This document shows positions 49,950 through 62,240 of a DNA stretch of 64,000 nt, one piece after another. The stretch lies in the NCBI GenBank assembly GCA_028534125.1, contig CM052818.1, positions 1,924,001 to 1,988,000 on the forward strand. Reading direction: 5' to 3'. The translations under genes and the position numbers were made by a program. Every line of letters starts with the position of its first letter. The stretch's first letter is position 1. This DNA is from Lama glama. Its lineage: Eukaryota. The notes below the pieces were generated by a model, which ran no database searches, had not been told where the DNA came from, and saw only the letters and a program-made list of their open reading frames with translations.

Positions 49950-50362
49950 TAGGAGTTAGGCTTGGTGGAACACTCCAAATAACAGTGACTTGAATTTAAG
50001 GGGGATGTTTATGTCTTTCTCATCAAGTTTCTGGAGGTAAACAATCTTGGTGATCTAGGGACACCATTGCTCCAGCATCTCTGTGGTCCAGAGTGACTCC
50101 ACCTCCATGCTCCACACAGCAGGGAGGAGGAATGGGAAAGAAGGCTCATGCTCCTTCTTTCAGGGAAATAAACAGTATTACCTACATCACTTCCTGGCAC
50201 ATCCTATTGGCTGGGTCTTAGTCCCATGGCCACTCTAGCTACAAGAAAGCCTGGAAAATGTATTTATTTTGAGCAGCCATATGCCCAGATGATAATTGAG
50301 GGTTCAGTTATTATAGAGGAAAGGGAAATGGGTATTAGGGGACAGCTTACAGCCTCTGTCCA
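49950..50362 (-). mobile_element. MLT1 (J/K-like) MaLR LTR
   Basis: CCAAATAACAGTGACTTG...CATCCTATTGGCTGG..CTTAGTCCCATGGCCAC..AGCTACAAG..GCCTGGAAAATGTA. Confidence 0.65.
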
Positions 50363-50611
50363 GTGTCTATGTACTTTTCCCTTACTCTTAGGTCACAGTT
50401 GAAAATGTCAAGCATAAGTGCAAGCTATGTTGATAATAAATCAAATCAAATTAATCTAACACCATTAGAAAATGCATAGACTAAATTATATTAGAAAAAC
50501 AGGTAAAGAAGAAATCGGAAAACGGAGAGTTAAAGACAAAGAGATTGATAAAAGTTCAGTTTCTGCTGACGAGAGTTAAAACGCGTAGGAACTTTTTAAC
50601 AGTACGGAGCT

Positions 50612-51110
50612 TTTGTGCTGGACACCTTCTGTGTTCCTCTGTGGATCCACTCGTCATCTCCTCGCTGCTCTGGGACCCAGGAGGCTGGCCTGTAGGGACA
50701 ACATTGAAAGCTCCTTTGCTCATTGCTTGCACTTGGGTTTGGCCAATAGAGAGCACCAGGAGGAGGTTGAGGGGAGGTTGGAGGGCGGGACTGGGTGTTT
50801 AGTTCCTCAGAAGCCTTCTTGCAAGGGTGACACAAGTTGTCTCTGTCCCTCCCTTGAGGTCACAGTTCCCATACGGGAGCTCTTTCCATAAGGCCCTGCC
50901 TATTTCCGGGTTCCCATATCTGCTCTCACCCTCGCCCCTTCCAGACTAAGGAAGCTGATGATCCCCTGCTGTTTCTATCCCTAAGGTGCTGCATTACCAC
51001 TGTGGTTTCACTGCACCAGAGCCACACTTTTGCATATAGTCTCTTTATTAAACCCTCCTCAAATTACCCACTTAGAGTGGGCCATCTGATTCCTTTCAAT
51101 CGACACTTAA
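50612..51110 (+). mobile_element. LTR33-like ERVL solo LTR
   Basis: TTGGGTTTGGCCAATAG.. and 3' end ATAGTCTCTTTATTAAACCCTCCTCAAATTACCCACTTAGAGTGGGCCATCTG. Confidence 0.7.
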
Positions 51111-51299
51111 TGCTCCAAACACTATAGCATCAAAAGGCACAAAGCAAAATTGTAGGAAGAGATTTGTAAAAGCAAATTTTCTTGAGATATTTTTAACCAG
51201 CCACTATCCATCTAAACAGTTTAGGCATTAATGTAAAATTTGCCTACTCAATAAAAAGAATATGTACTATTTTCAAATGCCCAATTTAGAACACTGAAC

Positions 51300-51930
51300 A
51301 ATACCTCCAAAAAATATGCCCAAAAATAATGTTCTTAAAACACAAAGAGTTTTGAAACAAAGTTATGGAAGGTTAATAAACACATTTAAAATTTTTTTAA
51401 CATGGCTGATAATCAAAATGTGCAAATTAAAGAAATGAGGTGTCTTTTTTTTAGCCTATCAAATTAACAAAGATTGGAAAAAATAGTCCTTGTAAGAGTG
51501 TAATATGACACTGTTATTCACAGTTTGTGGAAGCATGAACTGATAAAAATTTTCTAGAAAGATCTGTCCCCTCTGTATCAGAGCCTTATAAAGATTTAGT
51601 CTTTCAATCAGTCAATTCCACTTCCAGAAATTAATCCTACATAGTAAATAATGCATATGTATTTAAAGATGAATAGCACACATTATTTATAAGAGCAAAA
51701 TTGGAATAGTTTAGATAATTGACAATAGTTAATGGTTGCTTTAAGGCATATCTATGGAAAATACAGAGACAGTAAAATAGCGTTTCAAAAAAAAATTAAA
51801 TGAAACAGGACAATAATCCCCAAATAATATTAATTTGTCATAGAAGGATAAACTGTAAAAACAGTTTGATTCTTAATTAAGTTTAAAATATACATAGAAA
51901 AACATTAACAATGTTCATCTGGTTAGTATT
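51300..51930 (+). mobile_element. Old L1 (L1ME-like) 3' fragment
   Basis: ATGTGCAAATTAAAGAAATGAG..GCCTATCAAATTAACAAAG; CAATTCCACTTCCAGAAATTAATCCTA. Confidence 0.55.
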
Positions 51931-52184
51931 AGTCCTTTCGTGCAGTTTTCCCTGAAGGCCAGTTCTGTTCCCGTTCTCACTATGAGATGATGACATGAAT
52001 TTCCCCTTTAATGCTTTGAGTTAATTTAAAATGAATTTATGACACTTCCAACCCATTGTTCTAATGTAACTATGCCAGACCTCTCAGAATCCCAACATTG
52101 CAATAGCCCTTTGCACTTGCTCAGGAGGCTGTCTTATACATCTTCATACTCTCAACACCCATCTCTTGGCAGGTGCGGAAGTTC

Positions 52185-52365
52185 CGGCCTGGGAATAGAG
52201 AGATCAAGGTTCTACCACTGGTTCTGCTGGCAAAAGCTGTGTGAATTTGAGGAGAGCCTTGACCCTGTCTGGGTCTTGATTTCCTCATTGATCAAAGGAA
52301 GGATTGAATTAGATGGGGTCTAAAATTCCTTCCAGCTCTAAGATCTCTTAATTTTATGATTCCAA
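52185..52365 (+). mobile_element. MIR (MIR3-like) SINE
   Basis: GCTGTGTGAATTTG...TTTCCTCATT...TAAAATTCCTTCCAGCTCTAAGATCTC..TATGATT. Confidence 0.65.
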
Positions 52366-52399
52366 ATTCTCCATCTCTAGGCTGAATCAGTCAGAGCTC

Positions 52400-53250
52400 T
52401 GGTCCTAAACCTTCCTGCCTAGAATTTCCAGTCATACAACTGTCCCAACATGATCTCAAACTCAAAAACTCTGAAACCAGTCACCATTTCCCCCCACAGC
52501 CTGGTATTTTTTACTTCTGCCGATGGTACCACTGTTCTTCCAGACACCAAGACTCAAATATCTGGGATCATTTCTAGCTGCTTACATGCTATTATCACAC
52601 ATGTTTAAGTGGTCACCAATTACCATGATTTCTTCCTTAAAAAATTCTTGTAGTCATCCTGGTTTGGGCTCTTATTGTCATTTGTTAGGATAAATCTAGA
52701 TCTATCCAGCTCAGAATCTAGCTCTGTTTCTCATATGTATCAGTATTGATATCTGTATCTGTACTTGTGTATACATCTACATTTATGTCATCTATAGCCC
52801 CAGTCTCTGAAGTTTCGGGTCCAGATCTTCAAATACATATGGAAAATTTCTACCTGGCATCTCAAACTCATGATCCTCTCCTCAAATACCTATTTTTCTT
52901 GTGTTATGTGCCTTGAGTGGCATTGTCACCATGCCCTTAATTTCCCCAACTATAACATCAGACATAACCTTAACTCCCCTTCTAATCCCATCAGTTCTAT
53001 CTCAGAAATGATTCTTAAACCTTCCCCTACTCCCTAGAACCCACCTTTCTGTTATCTCTCACTGCACTAATGCAACAGTTCCTTAACAAAACCCCTGCCA
53101 CAATTCTCGGCCTGCCCTGTTCTTTACATTAATTCTTTATAATGATTCTTTTCAGGGCACTGAACCACCAAGTCCACTGCTTGGCAACTTTCAAGGCTCA
53201 CTCACCCTTTTCCCATGGGATCAAATCTAAATGTCTTAACATAGCCTAAA
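52400..53250 (+). mobile_element. L2 fragments
   Basis: Repeated C-rich L2 motifs (ATCTCAAACTCA, CCCCAGTCTCT, ATCAAATCTAAATGTCTTAACATAGC). Confidence 0.5.
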
Positions 53251-54549
53251 ATGACAAAAGTGATAAGAAGAAAGTGTCTAAGGGGACTAGGAGATGTTCA
53301 GAAATTATTTCAAATGGTTTCATATGAAGCTCCTGAGGGAGTTTACTCATGAGCACAGGTAAAATAAGCCATAAGCAAAGATGGAGACTGGTGCCTCCAA
53401 GGAAAACCAGACTTCAGAATAAACTCAGGCTTGAAAAAAAAGTGCAAAATGTTTACTTAAGTCTTGGTCTCTAGTGGGAGGTCCAGTTTCAGTCTGATTT
53501 TATCCTTCCTCCTCCTTCCTATAATGAGGATGCTCAAGGTTGAAGAGCCAGAGGCATGGTCTGCTTTCTCTCCTGAATTCGGTGATGACTTACTTTCACA
53601 GGAATGGCCCGTTGGGTAAACCTGATGATGTCCCCACTGCTGGGGTGGGCCTCCTGAATCATAGCTGACCTGGATTCTAGGGCCAACACACTCTTCACTT
53701 CACTGTTCCTCTTCCCTGGGCGGGAGGGCTCAGGATGGCCCTTCCTCACGTGGCAAGAGCTCCAGGATCTGCGACTGGGCTCACCTGGAGAGAAGGTCAC
53801 CAGGGTGGCCAAGGAAGACCTGATTCAGCTCCGCGCTGGGGTTTGGGACAAAGTCCCCAGTGGGAACAAAGGGATCCTTTGCTTTAGTTTGTCTTTTATG
53901 CTGATTTTCCCCTTGGGGGTTTGGGGAAGGCTTGTTGTTGTAAGTCAGATTTGGGAGCCCAGACCTGGTCCCCTCCATCACTACGTCAATCTGCTACAAC
54001 TCAAAACCCTCGGAATTGCTTTTTGTCATACAAAGCAAAAGGAATAAGGAAGAGACAGGAACACGTTTTCTGGCAGATGGTATCTGGGAACAGATGACAG
54101 AGAGAAGACAGGTCAATCAACTCCTACTGAAAGGAAAAAATTGGCTTTCTCTGCCCAAGATGGAGATCTCAGTCCTTGTACATATAGAACAAATCTGGTG
54201 AGGAAGGAACGTGACTACAAAAATAGAAGTAGGTGGTAAGGGAGCAATTTATTGCTTTTGAAAAATATTTAATGATAACTTTTTTTCTTTAACTTTAAAG
54301 AACAGTTTGAAACTGAAATATAGAAAGAAGAAAAGTCACTCCTAGTCCCACTAGTCAGAGATAAACCTCTATTAACAATTATTATCAAGTTCCTCCCACC
54401 CCCTTTTATTTTAACTGTGCATACATTTTTCTTCCATTTATTTTACAAGTGGCAGTCTTAATATACACAAAATTCTGTGTTCTGCTTTTTACAAGAGCAT
54501 CATAGAATAATCATATTTATGTTTTATTGCACAGTTCTTGTTAACCTTT

Positions 54550-55818
54550 GTTAGTTCAACAAAAACTTATCAGATACCTATGGTGCCCAGGTGTGGGCTA
54601 GTCACAGACAGACCTCCTCCCGCGGGGCGCTCATCACCATGTGAGACCCTGAGGCACCAGGACATCAAGCCCGCAGGTACCCAAGTGTGAGACGGGGTCA
54701 AAGAGGGGGAATACAGGATCTGGGGGAGCACTGTGAGGGGCCCAGGTGTCTGTGGGGTGGGTTTCACGGAAGCTCCCTGGAGGAGGAGGCAGCTAAGCTG
54801 AGCCGTGCAGGTTCCTAGCTTTCCTGACACATTGTAGTGTGTTATTCTTATGATACATACCCTCTTCCTTCATGCTCACAGTATCTCCGCTTCCTGACTC
54901 CACCCTCACGGATACACCCCGCTCGGCCCCCGGTCAAGCCAGCTCATGGCTCTGTTGGCCCTTACCCTGCATGGTGTGGCCTTGTTCCTCTGTGTGGTGT
55001 TTGCCTCTGCTACCCTGTGAAGCCCCTAAGAGCAAGAGCTTGACCTCTTTTGTTCCTGAGAACAGTAACTGGTCCATGGCAGGTGTGCGATCTGGCGAGC
55101 GAGTGTATGAGCACGCAAATGAGTGAACAGACAGGTGCAAAGTGCAGGAGAGGGTGCTGGGCTGTTGATGAAGATTCTTGTCACTGAAGCTGCAAGAGCG
55201 AATGAGGTCATCCCGGAGAGAGTGTGGAGTGAGAAGAGAAAGGAGGAGAGTCCAAAACAGAATTCTGATGAGGGCCCATGATGGAGAATGTGGGGACGCG
55301 GCCAGAGGTAAGGACCCGTTCAGGCGAGCTGGGCTGAGACGGGCAAGGAAAGGAGCGTGGCGAGCTGGAGAGATGGCCACGTGTGGCTGAAACTGGATTT
55401 AACAACAAGGGGGCCTTCGGGGTACTTGGAGAGAGAAGCTTCAGGAAAGTTGCGGGGACAGAAGCACTACCATGGATTGAGGAGAAAGTAAGGGCGAAGA
55501 AGGAAAGCCAGCAAGTGTGTGAAGGGGAGAGGGGAGCGAGGGTGGCAGCTGGCGCTGTGTGGTTTGAACGTGGCAGACACTTGAGCATCACACGTCGATG
55601 GGAGGGGCAGGTGGAGAGCGAGGTATTGAGTTGTGGCCGGGGCACCAGGGTGCTAATTGCAAGAGGGTTGTCCTGGAGGAGGCGGGAGGAGACGCCTGTG
55701 TGACTGTCACTGGGGATGGAGCCCAGAGGGGCAGAGGCTTGGAGCAGGCAGCTCCCCCGTGTTAACTCGAGGGGAGAGACGATCTGCCTTGGGACCGGCG
55801 ATCTAGGGAGCTCTGTTC
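54550..55818. mobile_element. L2 fragments in both orientations
   Basis: Antisense tail TTCAACAAAAACTTATCAGATACCTATGGTGCC at 54555, a sense tail near 55080-55130, and purine-rich antisense L2 at 55130-55818. Confidence 0.5.
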
Positions 55819-56318
55819 NNNNNNNNNNNNNNNNNNNNNNNNNNNNNNNNNNNNNNNNNNNNNNNNNNNNNNNNNNNNNNNNNNNNNNNNNNNNNNNNNN
55901 NNNNNNNNNNNNNNNNNNNNNNNNNNNNNNNNNNNNNNNNNNNNNNNNNNNNNNNNNNNNNNNNNNNNNNNNNNNNNNNNNNNNNNNNNNNNNNNNNNNN
56001 NNNNNNNNNNNNNNNNNNNNNNNNNNNNNNNNNNNNNNNNNNNNNNNNNNNNNNNNNNNNNNNNNNNNNNNNNNNNNNNNNNNNNNNNNNNNNNNNNNNN
56101 NNNNNNNNNNNNNNNNNNNNNNNNNNNNNNNNNNNNNNNNNNNNNNNNNNNNNNNNNNNNNNNNNNNNNNNNNNNNNNNNNNNNNNNNNNNNNNNNNNNN
56201 NNNNNNNNNNNNNNNNNNNNNNNNNNNNNNNNNNNNNNNNNNNNNNNNNNNNNNNNNNNNNNNNNNNNNNNNNNNNNNNNNNNNNNNNNNNNNNNNNNNN
56301 NNNNNNNNNNNNNNNNNN
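55819..56318. other. Assembly gap (500 N)
   Basis: Run of N. Confidence 1.
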
Positions 56319-56858
56319 GGCTCGCGCAGGGCCTGGGAGGCGGCAGGAGAGGGTTTGGATCTTATTCCTGGAGTGAATAGGAAGCTCCCAGCTGCCATTC
56401 AGTGGACAGCAGAGCTTTGATTGCGGAGGCCCCTGCCTGGCAGTGATAAGGTGGTCCTTCTGATTAGAAAATGAAAACAAAAAAGTCCACGCCACCACTC
56501 CCAGCCTCGCTTTCCACTTGATTTCTCTCCACCCAGGAACGCTTCCCAGGGAACAGCTAGAAACAGAGGAACGCCCGGCTTCTCCCTGCTCTCGGCTCTC
56601 AGGCTTCGGCGCAGGAATCCCGTCGCTCAGAGTCCCACCTTTGCCCGCAGGACGTCTGGTGCCGTGAAGGACTGTCCTCCTCTTGTTTTAGGGACACACA
56701 GACTGGGAAGGAGGGGGCAGGTGTCAGCGCTGCAGCTCCCACGGGGAGTGCTGGATGCCAGAAACGCTTCACCCAGAGGCCTCAGGTGCCTCCCACCTGC
56801 ATCTTTGGTGAGTCCTTGTTGTGAACGAGATGCTGTGGGAAGGAGAAAAGTAGGCAAG

Positions 56859-56859
<1 letters not shown>

Positions 56860-56893
<34 letters not shown>
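56860..56893 (+). repeat. (TG)n microsatellite
   Basis: Directly visible, about 17 units. Confidence 0.95.
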
Positions 56894-56896
<3 letters not shown>

Positions 56897-56949
56897 AGGA
56901 GGCTCAGAAATAATGTGATCCCTCCCACTTGAGTATTGCTTGACGGTCC

Positions 56950-57125
56950 ACAAAGTGATTTCCTGGACTTAAGCTACTCTGTAAAGTACAGACTGTCTTC
57001 ACTTCGGAGATGAGAAAACTGAGGTTCAGAGAGGTGAAGTGACTTGCCCAAGATCACGCAGCCAATAATTGGAAAAGCTGGCCCTAGCTCTCAGACCCGA
57101 TCTCTGCCCCTCTGAACCTCTCCAC
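56950..57125 (-). mobile_element. MIR SINE
   Basis: AGATGAGAAAACTGAGGTTCAGAGAGGTGAAGTGACTTGCCCAAGATCAC. Confidence 0.85.
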
Positions 57126-58759
57126 AGGGGCAGTAGGAGAAAGGTGAAATGACAGGACAGGAGAACCAGGAAGGAAGGCTTCAGGGGACAGGAGGATGAC
57201 AGAAGGGAGAGGAAGAGGCAGCAACGAGGTGGGGTGAGATCCGTTTGGCATGGGTGGGGTGTGTGCAGAGTGGGCAGTAAGCCATCAGGCTGAGAGTGCA
57301 CTGGAGCCAGACTAGAGAGGTTTGATTTCTTTGGAGAGCCCCAAAGTCCTTGGAGCAGGTTGACTCATGTCAATATTAAGAATCTTGTTTGGTGCCGGAA
57401 TGCAGGATGAGTTGGGGGGAGCTGGGGCAGGGCCTTGGAGGCAGGGCCTTGGAGGCAGGGCCAGCAGTTCTGAAGCCGCTGTGGTCTAGGAGGAAAACAC
57501 TCAGGTGTGACTGTGGGGGAGGCAGAGAGGCTAGGGCAGGAGTCGAGGCTGGAGCACTGCTGGCAGAGGCCCCAGCGGGACTTGTTGAGAGATGAGCTGT
57601 GTGTGCATGTACTTGTGCATGTGTGTGTGCACAGGTGGTGCTGGTGTAAATCCCAAAGGATTCCAAGGCCAGGGTCACATACTAAGATTATCATGGCCTT
57701 TGGTGCCTGGTTGGGGTGCAGGCTGTGGGGTGTGAATCACTTTGGCCGGGCTCGGGCTGAGGTGCTGGGCAGACACTCAACTGGGGAAGCCAAGTGGAGA
57801 ATTGGAAAGTTGAGTCTGGAACCCAGAAGGGAGGAGCTCCGGGGTTAACTAGCTTCTGGCATGAGTTAATCACCAATTAACTGATTATCCTATAAGCAAA
57901 ATACCGCCTCGGTGAATTCCTACACTTCCCAGTCAAACTCTGCCACCCTGGTTTTTGAATTCCGGCCTGTCATTCCTGAGGTCAACCCCACCCTTGACTA
58001 TCAGTAATGACAACATTCACTCATCCTTCATTCTCTACACCTCTGCCCCCTACTCTTGGCCAACTCTGGGTGGAAACATACAGAGAAACTCACCTGTCAG
58101 TTCCCATCTGACTTGTCCCCCGAGCTGCCCCAAGGTTCCCTTGCAACCCCAAGGGAACTACATGGCCCAGTCCTTCGTGCTGCCACCAACATTTCTGCTC
58201 ATGTGTTTGGTCCATCGTGGGGCTTCCGCTGGGATGTCTGCCCTTCTCCTGGCTTATCTCAGCTTTCCCAGGTGGGCAGCCAAAACTCCTTGTAGGCTGG
58301 AAACCACAAGGCGGAGCGAACCCTGCCCATGTTCCAAGGCCCATACCTAGTTTCACCTCCTCCAGGAGCTCTCCCAGGATTACGCTTCAGCCAGCACCCC
58401 CGCCCTCCCGCTCCAGCCCCACAAGGTCAGCAAGGTGCCGACTCTGTGTTACATGGATCATTTGGATTGCATATGGCATTTGCCCAGCAAGCTCCGACCT
58501 GGGCCTCTGTGGCCTGCTTTCTGCTGTTCCCTGCTCATTTTGTGCTTGTGGGCTGTGCTGGTTTGACTAGCCCAGTAGGCCTGGGGGAGAGACAGCTCCA
58601 CTCTCAAACCTCAGTGGCTTCGCACGGTGCAAGTTTACTTCTCGCCAGTGCTAATGCTGATGCTCTGTGTCCCCTGCGGGTTGGTGGGAGGCTCTCCTTT
58701 CTCCCTTGAGGACATGGGCTGATGGTGACCTGATATCTTAGAGCTTCACTACCTGGGAT

Positions 58760-58952
58760 GGTGTTATCCATAAAAACTTACTCTCAGGATGGGAATGCCC
58801 TGCACGTGTGTGCAATGCTATCTCTGGCTGCCACATGTGGCCATCAAGAACTTGAAATGTGGCGAATGTGACTAAGAAACAGAATTTAAAATTTCATTTA
58901 ATTTTAATTAATGTGAATTGCCCCCACATGGCTACAACGTTCGGCAGTGCAG
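58760..58952. mobile_element. MER3-like hAT-Charlie transposon
   Basis: GCCACATGTGGC...ACTTGAAATGTGGC..TGTGACTAAGAAACAGAATTT...CATTTAATTTTAATTAAT...CCACATGGCTA. Confidence 0.8.
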
Positions 58953-60819
58953 ATCTGTACCATGCGGTCTCTGCCTTCATCTCCCAGGTGTCAGGGGAAG
59001 AGAGGGTGCGGAGCATCGTGCCTGCCCTTCAGTGCTCAGCCGAGAAGTCATCTTGGTCAGAGCTGGACACCCGGCCCCACCTAACTGCAAGGCATCTAGA
59101 AAACGTGGGGAAGCCTATGACTATTCAGAGCAAGAAATAGCTTTGCCACTATACTCTTCTAAGCGAAGTCAAAACTTCCTGAGGCTAAGATGCATGGAAA
59201 TGGAGGTGGAGGGTAGACTGAGATGGTCTGGATGGAGAGGAAGGGCGGGGATGGACTGAGATTGAGCAGATGGATTGTAGCTTGGAGATGCAGAGACAGG
59301 CCCAGAGAGGGCAAGAAGTGTAGTCACCACCGCACAGCCAGGCTAGCGTCCTGAAGTCCTGGCTCAGAGAAGAGGAACAATAGCCCTGGCTGAGTGTCTA
59401 GCCTCTCATTCTGCGTCCCTGGGAATGAAAGTGCTAAGAGCTGCCAAAGGCCTGTTCCCGAAGCTTGGATGGAAAGGGCCCCACAGGGCTTTCAGTTTTC
59501 AAATGGCTCTGGCTCTGTCTCCCCCTGAGGTGAGTCACCGAGCTGCTTGCTGAAGGATGAACTGATGAACAGCAGGGCGAGAGCCCAGCATGAGGTCATC
59601 TGGACCACACTTCCCGCCTGACCTCGGCCCTGGGGCCAAGTTCAGGGAGTTTCCCAAGGCCGGTGAGGAAGGGGTCATGCCCCGACTACTGCCAAGCTCC
59701 AGCCACTGGTGGAGGTGGGTGGGGTGGGTGCTGTTGGGGTCAAGACCCAAGAGCTTGGAATGGATCTCAGAAGTGACTCAGCCGGAGTAGGACACTGTGG
59801 CCCAGGCAGAGGACCTAGACTCTCAGGGAGTTAGCAGTGGAACCATGACTGGTGCCCAGGGGTCCTACACAAGGCCCTTTGCACCCCCACAGGGAGGAGC
59901 CCCCCAGGCAGTGATGCCCAAAGTTTGTCTTCTCAGTCTCCTGGTTGGTGCCTGCTCTAGCTGTTTTCATTTTTCCTGGAGACCCACATCACTAAGGCTC
60001 TGTCCACTGCTGATTTCAACCCTCGCTGCTGTTGGAACCAATTTCTTTTCCTCTCATCGCCCCCAGGACAGCGAAGCTCCAGATGGCAGAGAAAGACCCA
60101 TATGAGCACAGTAAATGGAGCCAGAGAAGGTAGCCTCTGCTTCCCACAACCAGGCTGACACACATCTGTGTTTTCCAAAAGACTGCAGTTGGAGAAAGCC
60201 TTCGCTTTACACGTTACTCTTCATTTTTGAGAAGGTTTGACTGTACGATTCCATTAAGACAAGGAGTTTCTGGTGTATTTCATATGGAACTTGATTCATA
60301 AACCGTCTAATTTCATCAGCAACATGTTATTAACAATGACCGTCTGTAAGTCACCAAAGGTTTTTAAAATATAGCATCCCATCAAAGTTAGGCCTGCCTG
60401 GGGGTTCCCCAAGCTTCAGGGAACCCCAGATCAATTTGGACTATGCTGGCCTCCAGTCTGCCCAGATCGGGAGAATTTAATCCCCATTTCATAAAGGGAA
60501 AACGGATTACACTGGAGTAAAGAATTAGAGCTGAGACCCAGGAAACCATCAGGCCTCTACTGTGCAGGGGAGGCAGTGCTCAGAGTCTGGTCCACACAGA
60601 GCTTTTCCTCTCCTGAGTCCTCTCACCTACTTCCGCTTGTCCTGCAGGCTTGGGGCTCCCGAACTAAGTAATTGGCTCCCACTGTGCCGAGGCCAGTGTG
60701 CGCTCCCTAAGCAAGCTCTCTCCCCTTCTTTCTAAATGCTGTTCAGAAAGCCCAAACCAGAGCCCAGTCTGACCTGCCCTCTGCTGATATCTGCAGTGGA
60801 TGGGTATTTTCCAGAGATT

Positions 60820-61340
60820 TCCAAACATCTCTGATCTGGGCTACGGTGTGACTAAGCCACGCCCCCATGGGGGTGGAGTCTGTTCTCCTTCCCTCAGTTC
60901 TTGTTTCTCCCCCTTCCCTCGATTGCTTGAACAACAGAGCACAGTGGAAGAGGTACTTCTGAGTCTGGGTCAGAGAAGGTGACAGCTTCTGCCTGTTTCC
61001 CGTAACTCGTGGGCTCGTGGAAGAGGTCCAGACACCTCGAGGCCGCCGAGCGAAGAGGAAGCCAAGCCACATGGAGAGGTCACATGTAGGTGCTCTGGCC
61101 ATCCGACATGGCCCAGGTGCCAGACGTGTGACTGAGGAGACTTCAGATGATTCCAGTCCCCAGCTAGAGAGCCACTCCCAGCCTTGGACCGCTGAAACCT
61201 GGACAGCGTGGAGCAGAAACGAGCCCTCCTACCATGCCTTTCCAATTCCCAGCCCACAAATTCTATGCGCATAACAAATTGTTGTTTGAAGCTGCGAAGT
61301 TGTGGGGTCTTTTGCTGCGTGACCACACTAACTGAACTAT
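60820..61340 (+). mobile_element. MLT1 (H-like) MaLR solo LTR
   Basis: GAGGAAGCCAAGCCACATGGAGAGG, TTCAGATGATTCCAGTCCCCAGC and the end TTGTTGTTTGAAGC..AAGTTGTGGGG...TAACTGAA. Confidence 0.7.
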
Positions 61341-61789
61341 ACCTCACCCTGGGGTCTCGGGACACCTGGCATTCTCTTCCTAGCGCTCAGTGCAGTGGTA
61401 ATTAATGAACCCACTCCCAGGCGAGTTCTTCTCAACTGTCTTTCCCATTCCACTCCGAGTTCCAGGAAGACAAGGATGCTGTCAGGCCCATCACTGTACT
61501 CCTCGGGAGCCAGCCAGGGAGACGCGCAGTGAATATTTAATGGATGACTGATCTTAACACTGTCCTCAGATCGACCCCTAAACTTGACCTCAGAATGACT
61601 CTGGCCCTGGATTCAGACTGACTTTAACCCTGGCCACCGACCAGCCCGATTCTGGCATCAAAGACCTAACTCTGGCCCCAGCCGGAGCACAGCTTCTCGC
61701 TCTGGTGCCTGAGCGCTAAGCCCAGCTTCAGACAGACCCCTAAACTTGACCTCAGGATGACCCCTGACCCCAACCCCAGGCAGAGTTCC

Positions 61790-62240
61790 TGGCCTCGCCA
61801 TGGCCTGGGTGGACTGGCCCCGGCCTGCCTCTCCTGGCTCACCTCTCGCTCCCGGCGCCAGCCACCCCATCCACGCTCCTGCTCCTTCGCACTCACTACA
61901 AGGAGCAATGTTCCTCCAGGTGTCAGCACCCTGGGGAGCACGCACCCCTGCCAGGAACACTCTTTCTCTGCTAACTCTCCTCTTTCTTTCAACTTGCTTA
62001 AATGTCACTTCCTTAAGGATCAGCTGATTTAAATGAGACCCCTTTATCCATGCCATTAGCATTTTCACACTTAACTATAACCATATACATGTTGGCTCTT
62101 GTCTGATATCTTTCTGTCTGGAGGCTGGACTCCCCGGGTGAGTACAGGGGCCACATTTGCTTTACTCATCACTCTATACACCGTATCCACAGCACAGGGC
62201 CGGGCACCTACAAGGGGGCTCCTGAATGACTGTGGACCAG
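61790..62240 (+). mobile_element. L2 3' portion
   Basis: CTTAAATGTCACTTCCT, CTGGACTCCCCGGGTGAG..CAGGGGC, ending GCACAGGGCCGGGCAC...TGAATGAA. Confidence 0.7.

Noticed and set aside
55208..56498. Long ORFs of 231-396 aa
   Set aside because: Artefacts of reading through the 500-N gap.
57426..57462. 14-bp tandem repeat (GGCAGGGCCTTGGA), and a similar 24-bp duplication near 31690-31740
   Set aside because: Ordinary slippage duplications with no further structure.
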